The notes beneath the pieces are model-generated. The model worked only from the letters and a program-made list of their open reading frames with translations. It ran no database searches and had not been told where the DNA came from. From the human T2T-CHM13v2.0 reference genome, Homo sapiens: a stretch of 64,000 nucleotides of DNA. The stretch lies in the NCBI RefSeq assembly GCF_009914755.1, contig NC_060934.1. The stretch is one strand, 5' to 3'. This document shows, piece after piece, positions 39,304 to 55,120 of this stretch; positions within the stretch are counted from its first letter, which is position 1, and every line of letters begins with the position of its first letter. The translations under genes and the position numbers were made by a program.

Positions 39304-39705
39304 TTTAAAAGGAAAGCTCTTACATGACTTCTAACAATGTTTCCCATGGAATCTAAATGCCATAGCAATTTCATATCAAACATAATTCAATTTAAACATA
39401 CACGAACAAGCTCATCTTTAACAGGCAAAAAATTACTCCATTTACTGCTTAAACTTGTATTTCCATTCTACTTTCCCTACATTATATTATGTTAATGTGA
39501 TATATTCAATGCCTGAAATTCTTTTATTGACCACTCATAATTATCTACGACAAAAGCATGCATATAAATTGAAATTAATTTTTAAAATTTTCTGTGACCA
39601 TATGGCTCCAGGTATCAAAGAAATCTCTCTGGACTGAATTACCATTATAGGTAGTGTTAATACGCAATTTATCAAAATAACAAATATATTTTTAAGAAAT
39701 TATTG

Positions 39706-39984
39706 GCTGGGCGCGGTGGCTCATGCCTGTAATCGCAGCACTTTGTGAGGTCAAGGCAGGCGGATCACAAGGGCACCATCCTGGCTAACAAAGTGAAACC
39801 CTGTCTCTACTAAAAATACAAAAAATAAGGCCACGCACCTGTAGACCCAGCTACTCAAGAGGCTGAGGCAGGAGAATCGCTTGAACCTGGGAGACAGGGG
39901 TTGCAGTCAGCCAAGATTGCACCACCGTACTCCAGCCTGGGCAACAGAGCAAGACTCTGCCTCAAAACAAACAAACAAACAAAA
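39706..39984 (+). mobile_element. AluSc/Y-like with small deletions
   Basis: Alu arms, CAAA tail. Confidence 0.92.
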
Positions 39985-40154
39985 TATATATACATAACAT
40001 AAAAATTAGAATTTTATTGGGGAAACTATTCTTCATTCCACTTCTTACTAAAATAGGCAGGGTCCTCATCAACATTTTTCTCATTTTACAATTATTGTTG
40101 CTACTGCTACCGTAAGCACTATAAAACTTTTTTCATGTAAAGAAGTATATAAGC

Positions 40155-40460
40155 GGCCAGGAGCAGCAGCTCACGCCTGTAATCCCAGCACTTTGGGAGG
40201 CCGAGATGGGGGGATCATGAGGTCAAGAGTTCAAGACCAGCCAGGCCAAGTTGGTGAAACCCCATCTCTAGGAAAAATACAAAAATTAGCCGGGTGCGGT
40301 GGCATGCACCTGAAATCCCAGCTACTCAGGAAGGCTGAGGCAGGAGAAGCACTTGAACCCCAGGAGGCAGAGGTTGCAGTAAGCTGAGATCGTGCCACTG
40401 GACTCCAGCCTGGGTGACAGAGTGAGACTCCATCTCCAAAACAAAACAAAACAAAAAAAG
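40155..40460 (+). mobile_element. AluS
   Basis: TSD AAGAAGTATATAAGC/AAGAAGTACATAAGC. Confidence 0.95.
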
Positions 40461-40469
40461 AAGTACATA

Positions 40470-40770
40470 AGCTGGGCATGGTTGCTCATTCCTGTAATCC
40501 CAGCACCTTGGGAGGCCAAGGCAGGAGGATTGCTTCAGCCCAGGAGTTAGAGACCAGCTTGGGCAACATAGTGAGACCTCATCTCTACAACAAATAAAAA
40601 CATTAGCTGGGCATGATGACTCACACCTGTAGTCCCAGTTGCTAGGGAGGCTGAGTTGGGAGCATCCCTTGAGCCCAGGAGTATGAGGCTGCAGTGAGCC
40701 GTGATCGCGTCACTTCATTCCAGCCTGGGCAACAGAGCAAGACCCTGTCTCAAAAAAAGAAAAAAAAAAA
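40470..40770 (+). mobile_element. AluJ
   Basis: J-type GAGCCCAGGAG..GAGGCTGCAGTGAGC. Confidence 0.93.
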
Positions 40771-41118
<348 letters not shown>

Positions 41119-41749
41119 TCAATTATTACTCAAGCTCCTTCAGATACAGTGATCTATCATCGAAAATATTTAATGATCTAATTCTCTGACAACTCAATTA
41201 GCTCTCCTCTCAAATTTCATGAAAGCAAAGAATTAGAAATCATCTGATCTGCAAAAAGATTTATTACTTAGTCAATAGAATCATTCACTTTCTAAAAAAA
41301 AAAAAAAAGAAGAAGCCAATCCAGCAATTTGTCTGGCAACCCAGATATCTGTTCACCCTGGGGCAATGCACCCTAGTAAGATGAGAGAGGGTGAGGGATG
41401 TTTTGCATTTATGAAGCAGCTGTTACGAAAGAGGAGACAGAACAGAGAGACTCCATTTAGCGGCAATGGCTCATCGCCATTCAGTTCTCACCAGAACAAT
41501 TATAGGAAAGAACGCATGGAAATTGTGGACCCAGAATTTAAAAAGAACAAAAACCATGTACCTGTGTAGCCTTAGAAAGTCCTCTTGTGACCCTGAAGAT
41601 GGGCATACCCAAATTTGAAGCCCATGGGTTTGAAAAGTCCCCATTAAACTGGTAGGTGAGTCTCCATGGAGCTGGTGACAGACCGGCAGCTGGAGCTTCC
41701 TTGACATCTCCGGGTGGCTCTCTCCAGCCTGGGCTTTGTGGATCACAGT

Positions 41750-41950
41750 GCCCTTTGAAATGTTAGGGATCCCCAGGAAAAAGGGATTCTCAGGACAAAA
41801 AGTTTGGGGAAAGCTTTCTATTCTTTCTGCCTCTTACAGATTCACAATAAAATCTGCATAGCAAAGACTAAAGAAACCTGCTTAATTTTGTGTAATGCAA
41901 AATTTCCCAAACTAACCTGGCTCTCCCCTCCCGCCTCCTTCTTTCACACA
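41750..41950. mobile_element. MER103C-like hAT-Charlie relic
   Basis: AAGTTTGGGGAAA...GATTCACAAT...AAAGAAACCTG...TTTCCCAAACT internal inverted motif. Confidence 0.5.
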
Positions 41951-42132
41951 GAATGCCTGGGTACATATAAAGAGACTTCAGTAATCTGCTCCGGAGCCCA
42001 GTGTGGTCCTGGCAACTGCAAGCTGGATCTCCATCCGTGCCCTCCCTATGAGACCTGGGTGATTCCTGTTAGCCATGGGCCTCTCTAAAGCTCTCCAGAG
42101 GGACTAAGGCCTGAGATCGGTTTGTTTTCTTG

Positions 42133-42867
<735 letters not shown>

Positions 42868-44009
42868 CTTGCACTTTACGGATTCTGTTACCTATTCAGA
42901 AAATGCTACTTTCCTATTGATGCCATTCACTTTTAGATGGAGACTCTCATATAATTGGGAGGTTTCTATGATATTCACTTTGGGCAACACCCACTGCAGA
43001 CAGGAACTTGAAGGTGTTTCCTAAGTGTTACCTCCACAAGCAGATGAGTCAACTTGGCACGTCGCTAGCTGTCCCTGTGGGTCCCCTGGTCATCAATAGT
43101 ATGGTGCCAGCTGAGAAGGGATTAAAATTAGATGTAAAGTAAAAAATCCAAATATTTAAGAGTAAGGAGTGTGTGTAAGAGAGAGGGAGATTGTGTCTGA
43201 AAACATATGCCTGTCTTTCATCATACCTAGAGCCACGTGGTCTTTTTTTTAATCATCTGGCTTATATTTTCCATTTTTCATTGCACAACACCAAGAGTTG
43301 GCTACATAGTCATGATGAAGATGAGCATACAAATTCCAAGTGTCACAACTGGAGAGGGAGGCCTCCTAAGTTGTTCATGGGAATGAGGATCAGATCACCT
43401 GACTCGATACAGGCTTTGGGACATCTTAGGCATCTAATCTCTCTAATCCACTGAAGAGACACAATAATGAGCTCCAGCTATCCCTTCCCTTTTCATCAAG
43501 AAGACTGCACATTAGAGATTAGTCAATATTCTATGCACAAATCATAAATATTTGGTGAATAAGGAGATCAGTTAGATTCTCCATCCTTGATTGCAGCTCA
43601 AAATTCAAACAAATCAATCAGTACCTGCTGGGGGGAAAAAGCCTGTAGAGCACTTTTTTTTCTTGAAATACAAGAATCATGAAGGGAATAAATATTAACT
43701 TTATTCCCTTATTCAGAACAAGTGAATTGGATGGCGCCAATGGCAAACAACATGGATTCCTGGCTCTGCTTCAGCCAAAATGCATTTTGCTCTTTGGAAC
43801 CCTCAGTTCCAACCTGTGACGCTGGAAAAGTACTAATGAATTTGTATGAGGCTCCACAAACCAAGGAGGGCAAAGCAGAGAATAGCTGGAAGAAATGAGA
43901 TGAAGAGCGAAAAGTAACTTTTTATTTCAAAACAACTAGAGATTTCTTGGAGAATTATATTTTTTTAAACGCCCTTTTATGGGAAAACAAAGGCAGCAGA
44001 AATCAAATG

Positions 44010-44540
44010 GCTTACTTACGTTTAAAGGGGAGTTTGGCAGCTGAAATGTGATGGAAATAGACTCTTCGCTCTCCAGGTCACAGAGAAGGCTGCCCAGAAG
44101 AGCCCTGGGAGAGACAACACCATCGACACCTCAGACCACCCTTTCTGGAGGGCGGGTGTGTTAAGTTCTTATTAAAAATTTATCCAGGTGTGGAGAACAG
44201 CTGTAGCTGATTTCTTCAGCATGCCTCTGCCAATTTCCCAAGAAAAAGAAACAATATTTTTCTCTCCACTGCTCTTCCAAGAAGTAGCTGAGGACGGGAA
44301 GAAACACAGAATCAAAGTGTTGCTCAAGGGTGCTTTCTGATCCAAACCCACAATGTGACATAAATCTGTCATTTTGATTCCGCTGGGGTGTACATCTGAA
44401 AACCCAAAAAGTGAAAAAATGAAATTAGCCCAGGTATTAACCTGGGTGTGGGGCTGAGGGTGTGAGCCCAGGTATTAACCTGGGTGTGAGGGCTGGGGAA
44501 GGGGAACACAGCATTCTTTGCTGTGGCCGTGGGTGTGGAA
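44010..44540 (-). promoter_or_regulatory. Candidate promoter/enhancer with a KLF/SP (CACCC) motif cluster
   Basis: Five GGGTGTG, one GGGCGG and a minus-strand GTAAGT donor at 44014-44019 in unique DNA; motif evidence only. Confidence 0.25.
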
Positions 44541-44802
44541 TTGGGGGCAGGGCTGGTCCATTTGCAGCCTGTGTGTGTGTCTGTGCTGATGGAAGCCTCA
44601 TTTACACACAGCACAAGGAAGGCAGGCTTTCTCCTTGGTAATTGGTGAATCTGTCAGACTGCAGGGAATTAAACAGCAGGAGGCAGGTGTCGACCTTTAA
44701 ATACCTAAATAAGCCATATCAATCCAAGGGCTGAGGCCATGGGCCAGGGCTGGGCCTAGGCTTAGAGAAAACTGGTAATAGTCATCACTGGATTATTTAT
44801 TC

Positions 44803-45103
<301 letters not shown>

Positions 45104-45126
45104 TGTATTTATTCTTTATCATTACG

Positions 45127-45478
<352 letters not shown>

Positions 45479-45689
45479 TGAGTTATTATTCAGATTCTGC
45501 CCCCAAAGGAGCCTCAAGTATTTCCAACCGACTTACTCTATTCTATCTTATTTATTTTGGTCACAGCCTGCAAATTAGTGGGGAGGAAGAGGGATTACTT
45601 CTCACCCAGCAAGGCCACTCCAGCGCTGGTTCAGCATAAGCTAACACCCACGACCCTAGGCCCTGCAGGGGTGGTCAGAAAAGCAATGA

Positions 45690-45900
45690 GGTATGGCAGG
45701 AAGATTGAGGCTTTGGTGGCAGGTGGGTCATTCGTGTGCAAATCCCAGCTTAGATTTTGGGCTTCAACTGTCAGCTTCAATTGTTTCATTTCTAAAGTGT
45801 CATTCACCTTAAAGTCACCGTGCACACTGAAGATTATCACGTCAAGTGCAGGGCACCTAGCAGGTATGATGGCAGCTGTCACTACTATTACTATTGTAAC
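45690..45900 (+). mobile_element. MIR fragment
   Basis: GTGCAAATCCCAGCT...TTTCATTTCTAAAGTG...GGCACCTAGCAGG. Confidence 0.5.
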
Positions 45901-46437
45901 AGAAGAGTATAATTACTCTTCTTTCAAAATCAGAGTCACACTGTCCCCGGGTGGGACACTGGTATATTAAGGACAGACTTCAGATGTTACCAAGGCTGGG
46001 GAATATCTAAAGTCTGGGCAAGGCTGGGGTAGAAGGAGGGGCAGACTGCTAGAGCGTGGGGCAGGAGGACTGGGGGTGGTATGCCTGAGACAGGTGAGAA
46101 TCAGCGTCCCAGACCCAGGAGTGAAGGGAAGGGGCATGGAGGGTGGTGGGAGCATTGTGATAAAGGCAACAGATTGGGGGAACAGTTCTGAACCAGAAAG
46201 GGAGCTGACTTCCGGACTGAGCACTTCCGCTTGGACAGGACAATGCAGAAATGGCCTGGAGCTCATGACTATGCTATGGCACTAGGGATGACAGAGGACT
46301 CCTCTCCTGGGTTCCTTCTGCAGAAGTTGTGTATGCAGCTGCTCATCTAAGCATGAAGATAGGAGGGCCCCTTTTATGGGACTTCAGGAGAAGCCTAGAA
46401 GGTGCAAATTACTAGGGCAGTATAATCTCCAAATTTT

Positions 46438-46728
46438 GGCTGGGCATGGCGGCACACACCTGTGATCCCAGCGCTTTGAGAGGCTGAGAAGCAGGGATTG
46501 CTTAAAGCCAGCAGTCTAGACCAGCCTGGGCAACATAGTGAGACTCAGTCTCTACAAAAAATTTAAAATTTAGCCAGGTATGGTGGCACGTGCCTATAGT
46601 CCCAGCTACTCAGAGGCTGAGGCGGGAAGATCGCTCAAGCCCAGGAGTTTGAGGCTACAGTGAGTTATGCTTGCACCACTGTACTCCAGCTTGGGCAACA
46701 GAGCGAGACCCTATCTCAAAATTTAAAA
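46438..46728 (+). mobile_element. AluJ
   Basis: Dimeric, J diagnostics; TSD ~ATCTCCAA. Confidence 0.92.
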
Positions 46729-46859
46729 ACATCTCCAAGCTTTCTTGATTGCTTACCTGATTTGATCAGGTACGTTGTTTTATTCTATTCCATTTTATTA
46801 ATTATTACATACATATGTTCAGTTATAACTTATTCATATGTATGGACGATATATTAAGT

Positions 46860-47320
<461 letters not shown>

Positions 47321-47606
47321 CTAGAAGTTCCAATGTTTTTTTTCTTGCCTTCCAATGGATCTTCTTACACATCCAGTTTTGGATACTTCTGGTCCCAAAA
47401 AGCAAGAGGTGGGGTCAGGAAAAAGGATTTTTCCTCTCCAACCTCAGAGGAATAAGAAAAGTCATTTTTCCTTCCTCTAATGCAAACAACTAAAAAGACT
47501 GAAGGTAGAATAATCTTTTTTGTTTTTGTTCTTGTAGGCAGGAAGGTTAAAATTAGGAAGATGAAAATATGTGACAACCACTGACTTACGTAATAAAAGT
47601 ACAAAG

Positions 47607-47899
<293 letters not shown>

Positions 47900-48203
47900 T
47901 GTACAAAGAACTCAAATTCAAGCTTCTTATGAAAACCAGAGGTGATACAAAAGACAACCAGTTCTTCAAGTGAGGAATGTTGATGAACCTTGGAGGGCAC
48001 ATTTGTTTCATTTGTCACTTAAAACCTGAGCCTGATGCTCCATTTGTACACTGCTCACCCCAAAATGGACGAGCTGCCTCGTTTGATCCTGATAAGCCAT
48101 GTGGGCAGGGGTGAAGGTACACAGCCCATAGTGTCATCTGGCACCATGTGGCACAGAGCATCACAAGGCAGTAGTGAGCCATGCACGTTAAGAATGAGGA
48201 AAC

Positions 48204-48537
<334 letters not shown>

Positions 48538-48877
48538 TCAGCCCAGCTATTGCAAACAATCTGCATTCCCTCCAATCACCTCATCAGGCCACTCCGGGCT
48601 GCCTTTGTACTTGAGCTGCCTCTGCCTGAACTGGTTTTGCTCCTCCTCTGCAATCCCCTCAGCTACTCATCCTATCCTACTCATCTTCCCAACTCAGCTT
48701 AAGCTTTTCAAAGTGGATTGCTTCCATTTTTTTTGTCCCCCACTCAGTAGCAATTCCAAAAACTCGCTGTTTGTTTGCATTTCTGTCTCCCTCTGCTTGG
48801 CTACGAGCTCCATGATGGCAGGAATTGCATCTCGATGATCTTTGGGTACCCCCTGGCCTAACAGACTCAGTCATAGG

Positions 48878-48970
48878 TGTCAAAAGAAAAAGAAAGTTCA
48901 GGACCTTTCAAACTCATTATGCCGAGGGGAAAAGTTAAGCCCTGGAACCCGAGTCAGGTAACATGGCTCT
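48878..48970 (+). mobile_element. ERV1 MER4-group LTR 5' fragment
   Basis: TCAGGACC..AAACTCATTATGCC..AAAGTTAAGC..GAGTCA. Confidence 0.5.
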
Positions 48971-48996
48971 CTCCTCTCCCCTCCTCTCTGCTCCTC

Positions 48997-49286
48997 TCTT
49001 TTTTGAGCCAGAATTTCGCTCTTGTTGCCCAGGCTGGAGGGCAGTGGTGTGATCTCTGCTCATTGCAACCTCTGCCTCCTGGTTCAAATGATTCTCTTGC
49101 TTCGGCCTCCCAAGTAGCTGGGATTACAGGTAACCCTCACTACACGTGGCTAATTTTTGTATTTTTAGTAGAGATGTGGTTTCACCATGTTGGCCAGGCT
49201 GGTCTCAACCTCCTGACCTCAGGTGATTGACCCGCCTTGGCCTCCTAAAGTGCTGGGATTACAGGCGTGAGCCACTGCACCCAGCC
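48997..49286 (-). mobile_element. AluS
   Basis: Reverse dimeric Alu. Confidence 0.94.
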
Positions 49287-49289
49287 AAG

Positions 49290-50011
49290 GAGTTATTATT
49301 TCTTATGATTCTGAGGGTGCACTGACCTCAGATCAACAGCTCTGCCCCATGTGGTGTGGATTGTGGTTATGCAGGCAGCTGCAAACAAGTGGAGTTCAGC
49401 TGGGGCCCAATCATCATGAAGACTTACTCAATGCCAAGCAGGTGGTGCTGGCCTTTGGCCTCTGGGTTCTCTCCATCAAGGCCTCTCTTCCTCCACAGGG
49501 TACAGGGACTTCCTCTCTGCAAGGCAACAGGATTTCAAGAGAGTGGAAGCTGCCTACGCCCCGAACTGGCACAGCACCATTTCAGCTGCATTCTGTTAGC
49601 AAAAGCAAGTCACATTCAAGCCCAGATTCAAGGGTGTGGGGAACAGAATCCACTTCTTTTTTTTTTTTTTAGACAGGGTCTCACTCTGTCACCCAGGCTG
49701 GAGTGCAGAGGTATGATCATAGCTCACTGCAGCTTCAGACTCCTGGGCTCAAAGTGATCTCATCTCAGCCTCCTGAGTAGCTGGGACTACAGGCATGCAC
49801 CACCATACCTGGTTAATTAAAAAAAAAAAATTGTAGAGACAGGGCTATGTTGCCTAGGCTGGTCTCAAATTGCTGGGCTGAAGCAATCCTCCTGCCTCAG
49901 CCTCCCAAAGTGCTGAGATTACAGGCAGAATCCACCTCTTGATGTAAGAGAAACGTGTGTACAGGGAGGTGAGAAATTGTTGGTGGCTAGCTTTAAAGAC
50001 ACTCTTCCAAC
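49290..50011 (-). mobile_element. MLT1K/L-like LTR with an AluJ insertion
   Basis: CTGCATTCTGTTAGCAAAAGCAAGTCAC..GCCCAGATTCAAGGG. Confidence 0.75.
49657..49926 (-). mobile_element. AluJ
   Basis: TSD CAGAATCCAC(T/C)TCT. Confidence 0.93.
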
Positions 50012-50375
50012 ATGAATAGTTCTTATTACGGTACCTTTATCTTCACTGAAGGATTTAACTCATTCCAAAATGCTTGGCAAATTCCTGGTTACCTGCTTTA
50101 CTCATAAACAAATTTGACCACATGCTACAGTCTCTCTTTTTCCTAAGCTACTGTGCTTTCTCCTTGCTAGCTGCCTGCCTTTGAGTCTGCAGATCAAGTC
50201 CTTTGCCTGCTAAAACAATTGGAGTGGGGAGGTCTTTACAACCCCTTTTGACAGGGAACCTGTTTGGAGTCTCATATGGAGAAAGAAATCCCTATTGTGC
50301 AGAAACATGGATACTTCCTATGAAATATTTTCTACAGGAATATCACATAGGACATTAGGGTTTCATCAGTTAATC

Positions 50376-50776
50376 TGTGTATCAGTTGTGGTAGGGAAAT
50401 TACTGCAAAAAAATTTCAATGGCTTCACACATTACAGTTTAATTCTAAACTTGTGTAACAGCCCAACGTAGATCCAAGTCAATGCAGGGACTTTGCTCCA
50501 TGCAGTCATTCAGGGACCCAAGGTGGTCGCAATTCCACCATCTTCAGCCCATGACCTCCAAGGTCAATTTGGGCACTGACATCAGCTAGTGGAGGGCAAA
50601 GAGCGTGTGAGTTTACAGATGGGGCCTAGAAATGGCGCACAACCTCTTGCATTTTATTGGCCACAACTTGGACATACGGCCAAATCTAACTCTGTTGGAA
50701 ACTGAGAAATGTAGTCCAGCTGTGTGCACAGGAAGGAGAGGAAGCAAGTTCGTGATGGACTAGCAGTCTAAGCCCA
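50376..50776 (-). mobile_element. MLT1J-like LTR
   Basis: CTCCATGCAGTCATTCAGGGACCCA...GAAATGTAGTCCAGCTGTGTGC. Confidence 0.75.
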
Positions 50777-51331
50777 CTCGTCCGGAACCACATACATTAC
50801 ACACATATTGACAGTGTTACTTGTGCCTGTTAGCACACAGATCACACTCAAGCCTGGGAAGAGGAGGGCGAGTGCCTCAAGAAAATTATAGGAGTGTTTA
50901 GCAGGAAGATTGAATGCATTTCCCCCAACTTTCCCTGGAAACAGACAGCATCTTTCCAGACTTGGACACAGTGCCATCTGCTGCTCAGAATAAAAAGCAG
51001 GGAGGTGGACTGGGTTATGGTTGGGCCTGGGGTCAGAGTAACCAGGTTAGAAGAATCAGAACTTAGTACTCTAGAATTTTCATCGGTTTGGTAACCATAG
51101 GAGATTAGAGGAAATTCATGCAGCAGCCACTTCCATTTAACAGACACCAAACAAAAATTGTGAGGAGGAAGGGAGAGGAGTTGTATGGTTGGTTTTAGCT
51201 TTCTGTGGAATTAATTAATTAAGGCAGCTGAGTATCATGGAAGGCAAGACTGGAGTCAAAAGACCTGGGTCCTAGGCCCCACTTTGCCATTATCTGGGCT
51301 GCAGTTTCCTTAGTTCTAAAATGAGGGGACA

Positions 51332-51640
51332 GGCCCGGCACAGTAGCTTTTGCATGTAATCCCAGCACTTTGGAGAGCCGAGGCGGGAGGATTGCTTGAG
51401 CCCAGGAGTTTGAGACCAGCCTGGGCAACAACAGCAAGACCCCATCTCTATCAAAAATTTTTTTAAATAGCCAGGTGTGGTGGCATTTACCTGTAATCCC
51501 AGCTACTCAGGGGGCTGAGGCAGGAGGATTGCTTGAGCCCAGGAGTTGAGGTTGAGTGAGCTATGGTGGTACCACTGCACTCCAGCCTGGGTGACAGAGA
51601 GAGACCTTGTCTTAAAAAAAATAATAAAAATTTTTAAATA
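51332..51640 (+). mobile_element. AluJ inserted in a MIR3 (51220-51690)
   Basis: TSD AATGAGGGGACA. Confidence 0.92.
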
Positions 51641-51850
51641 ATGAGGGGACAAGAAGACTTTTCGTGATTCCTTCCAGCTGGGAGCTCCAACTCAGTTCCA
51701 TAGTCATATGGGACCATTTTCAAGATGGCAAGTGAAGCCACATAAACACATCGGATCCCTCAGGGACAGTGTTTCTTCTTTTGTTTTCTTAAAAAAAAAA
51801 ATCTAAATCCATATGTTATAATTTCCACATCAGAATCATCTATTACTTGC

Positions 51851-53046
51851 TTTTTTTCTTTTCTGTCAATAAGTTTATTGTCTTTATCTGAAAAATCCTC
51901 ATAGAAAATTGTTTGGTTTGACCGGGCGCGGGGGCTCACACCTGTAATCCCAGCACTTTGGAAGGCCGAGGCAGACAGACCACAAGGTCAGGAGTTCAAG
52001 ACCAGCCTGGCCAATATAGTGAAACCCCATCTCTACTAAAAATACAAAAAATTAGCTGGGCGTGGTGGTGGGTGCCTGTAAATCCCAGCTACTCAGGAGG
52101 CTGAGGTAGGAGAATCACTTGAACCCAGGGAGGCGGAGGTTGCAGTGAGCTGAGATCCCGCCATTGTACTCCAGCCCAGATGACAGTGCGAGACTCTGTC
52201 TCAAAAAAAAGTTAAAACCTTCTTTCTTGGGCTTCTTTTCATAGACTGGATTCTCTCATATAGCAGCATGAGCTTTCTTGTGTATCTCCTCCATCATGTC
52301 TGGAGTTACATTGTTCTTTATATATTGAAAGAACTGTTTCTTGTAAGCATCTTCATCTTCCTCCATTAAGTAGCACATGTAATCTGCAACATTCTGGCCC
52401 CTGATGTGCTTCTGGTGTACTTCTGCAATAAATTCCTTGTTTTCAGAATCATAACCAGGGAATCATTTGGTATTGCGAGGGATAGACAAGCCTCCATCCA
52501 CAGCTCCCTTCAGGGTGCCAAAAACCTGATTGCCAGCGGTAGTTCTGGCAAGGCCTGCATCCAAATAGCAGGTAAAGGCACCTGGCTGACCATCAATGCT
52601 TTCCACATCGTATTCATCGCCAGTCACCTTCACTTGGCCTTCATAGATCTTGTCCATGCCAAACCTACTGAGAATCCTGTGGGTCAGCAGCAGTCCAGGA
52701 CAATACGCTGCAGCGTAATTTGTCAGGCCAACCTTCACACCGTATTTTGGCAGTTCGTGTGCCTATGCTGCGCAGACTATCATATCCCCCTCAATATGGC
52801 CTAAGCAATCTGACAAATGATATCTCTGTTCGTTACACAAACTATCATCCTGTATTTGGGTGTGCTGTATTTATTTTTATCCTGCATCACCAAGCGTTTC
52901 TGGGCATAGTAATCCGTTTTACCCTCTCGTCGTCTTCTAAACGTCACTTGGTATCTCTTCAAGTTGGCCTTATTTTTAACAACTTTAACAAACCCCACCC
53001 TGTGGAACAGAGACCTGCATCTGTGGCTCGACAGAGACCTGCAGGC
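51851..53046 (-). pseudogene. RPL5: Ribosomal protein L5 (uL18) processed pseudogene
   Basis: Intronless: (V)[75 protein letters not shown]; 5' UTR and 3' UTR with AATAAA; poly(A) remnant; TSD CTATTACTTGC at 51840-51850 and 53047-53057; ATG>GTG, stops, Alu insertion. Confidence 0.97.
51920..52210 (+). mobile_element. AluSg-like inside the RPL5 pseudogene, no TSD
   Basis: Dimeric Alu, short A tail. Confidence 0.95.
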
Positions 53047-53179
53047 CTATTACTTGCAGTTAAAGAAAAGTAAATATGTATGAATTTTTAAATTAACAAG
53101 CAGGACTTGTTGTTTGGAGGTGGATGATGAGGGAAGAGAGTTTCTAGCTTGGCACAGCTGGGTGGCTGAGGAAGTCCCG

Positions 53180-53320
53180 CAGCTAATTAATAGCCATTAT
53201 CATTCATACACTACGGCGCATCCATATGACTCAGGCATATTCTAATTGCTTCACATACACTATCTCAATTTTCATAACAACTCCTGTGGAGAGTACTATT
53301 AGTGGCCCATTTTACAGAAA
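53180..53320 (-). mobile_element. MIR fragment
   Basis: TCATAACAACTCCTGTG..CCCATTTTACAGA. Confidence 0.6.
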
Positions 53321-53489
53321 GAAACAAAACACAGGAAATACTGATGGAAGGACAGATGAGAAACAGGGAGGAAGGGAGTGTGGCAGACAAACTGTCCACC
53401 AAAGTTTGGTGTTGTGCTCCCTCCCATACCGTAGACTTATTGCTGGCATACGCACACTTCGTAAGGGTGATGCTAAAATTTAGATATGC

Positions 53490-53770
53490 CCTTCTGCATC
53501 CTCTTTTCTGTTCCCTTCTCCTGTCTGGGTGACGCCAAGGCAACCTTGGAAGCCACCTATGGAAGATGGCAGAGTCTTCAGTCTGGACCTTTGAACAACT
53601 TTGCGGAGCGGACCTCTCATGCCCCAATTTCACCTCCTGCCTCCTGCCCTAGAACACCTACTTTGGATATGAGATGAGAAGTAAGTTTTTATTGGTTAAG
53701 CATTAAAATTTGGGAGTATCTTTGTTATAGCAACAATATTGAGTGAACATCTTGCTATATCTAATTAAAA
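53490..53770 (+). mobile_element. MLT1 LTR 3' part
   Basis: GGCAACCTTGGAAGCCAC..GAAGATGGCAGAG..TTTGTTATAGCA. Confidence 0.65.
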
Positions 53771-54035
53771 CGGGATGGGAGGTAAAGACAATAAATGAAA
53801 TATTGGACATGTTGAATTTGAAATCTTGCAGGACAACCAAACGGGAAAGGCCTAGAAGGTAGACAGCGAGAGATGGGGCGGAGATGAACAGAGTCATCGT
53901 TAACACACAAATTCACAGTGTGGGCTTGCTCCTGAATAAATCATAGAGAGAAAGGAAAAATTACTGAAGTTTTTTTTTCTGCCATTTCACTTCATGGCTA
54001 TGTGCTCTAAACTGACCACGAAATGGGAGGTGTGA

Positions 54036-54422
<387 letters not shown>

Positions 54423-54839
54423 CATGGTTTTTCTACATAATGGCTCCAAATCTGAGCCAGCTGTTTCATCAGAAACAAAACAAAACAAACAAATCTCATA
54501 GTGAGAAAATGCTATTTTTACCTCGGCCTCAGACCTTGGAACTCAACCCCATGGAAGACGTGACCTTGCTGTGCGTGTCTGGGAATTCGTGCTTTCAAGA
54601 TGGCGTCTGAATTCAGGGAAGGGGATTGGCTGTCTTGGGAAAACTGCATAGAGTAAGAAGAGGAGAGGACCAAAGATGCACCCTCAGGGAGCGCCAGCAT
54701 TTGGGATGTGGGCTGGGGAGGAGTTGCGTATAAAGGCCAAGGAGCAGAAGTCACCAGAGAGGTGGGAGGGATATCAGGAGTAACAAGAGTCCCCAAGGCC
54801 AAAGGAAAACAGAATGCCAAAGAGTATCTTTGTAAACAA

Positions 54840-55120
54840 CAGACAGGGTCTCACTCTGTTGCCCAAGCTGGAGTGCACTGATGCAATCATGCTTCACTGC
54901 AGCCTCAAACTCCTGGGCTCAAGCAATCCTCCTGCCTCAGCCTCCCAAGTAGCTGGGACCACAGATGCACATCACCAAACCAGGCTAATTTTTAAATTTT
55001 TTGTAGAGACAGGGGTCTTGCTATGTTGCCCAGGCTGGTTTCTAACTCTTGGCCTCAAGCAGTCCTCCCTCTTCGGCCTCCCAAAGTGCTAGGATTACAG
55101 GTGTGAGCCACCACACCTAG
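54840..55120 (-). mobile_element. AluJ within L2 fragments (~54570-55330)
   Basis: Reverse Alu lacking an obvious tail. Confidence 0.9.

Noticed and set aside
45557-45970. 137-aa ORF
   Set aside because: Non-ATG start, overlaps a MIR fragment, no recognisable domain
52406-53073. Plus-strand ORFs of 132 and 117 aa
   Set aside because: Antisense shadows of the RPL5 pseudogene
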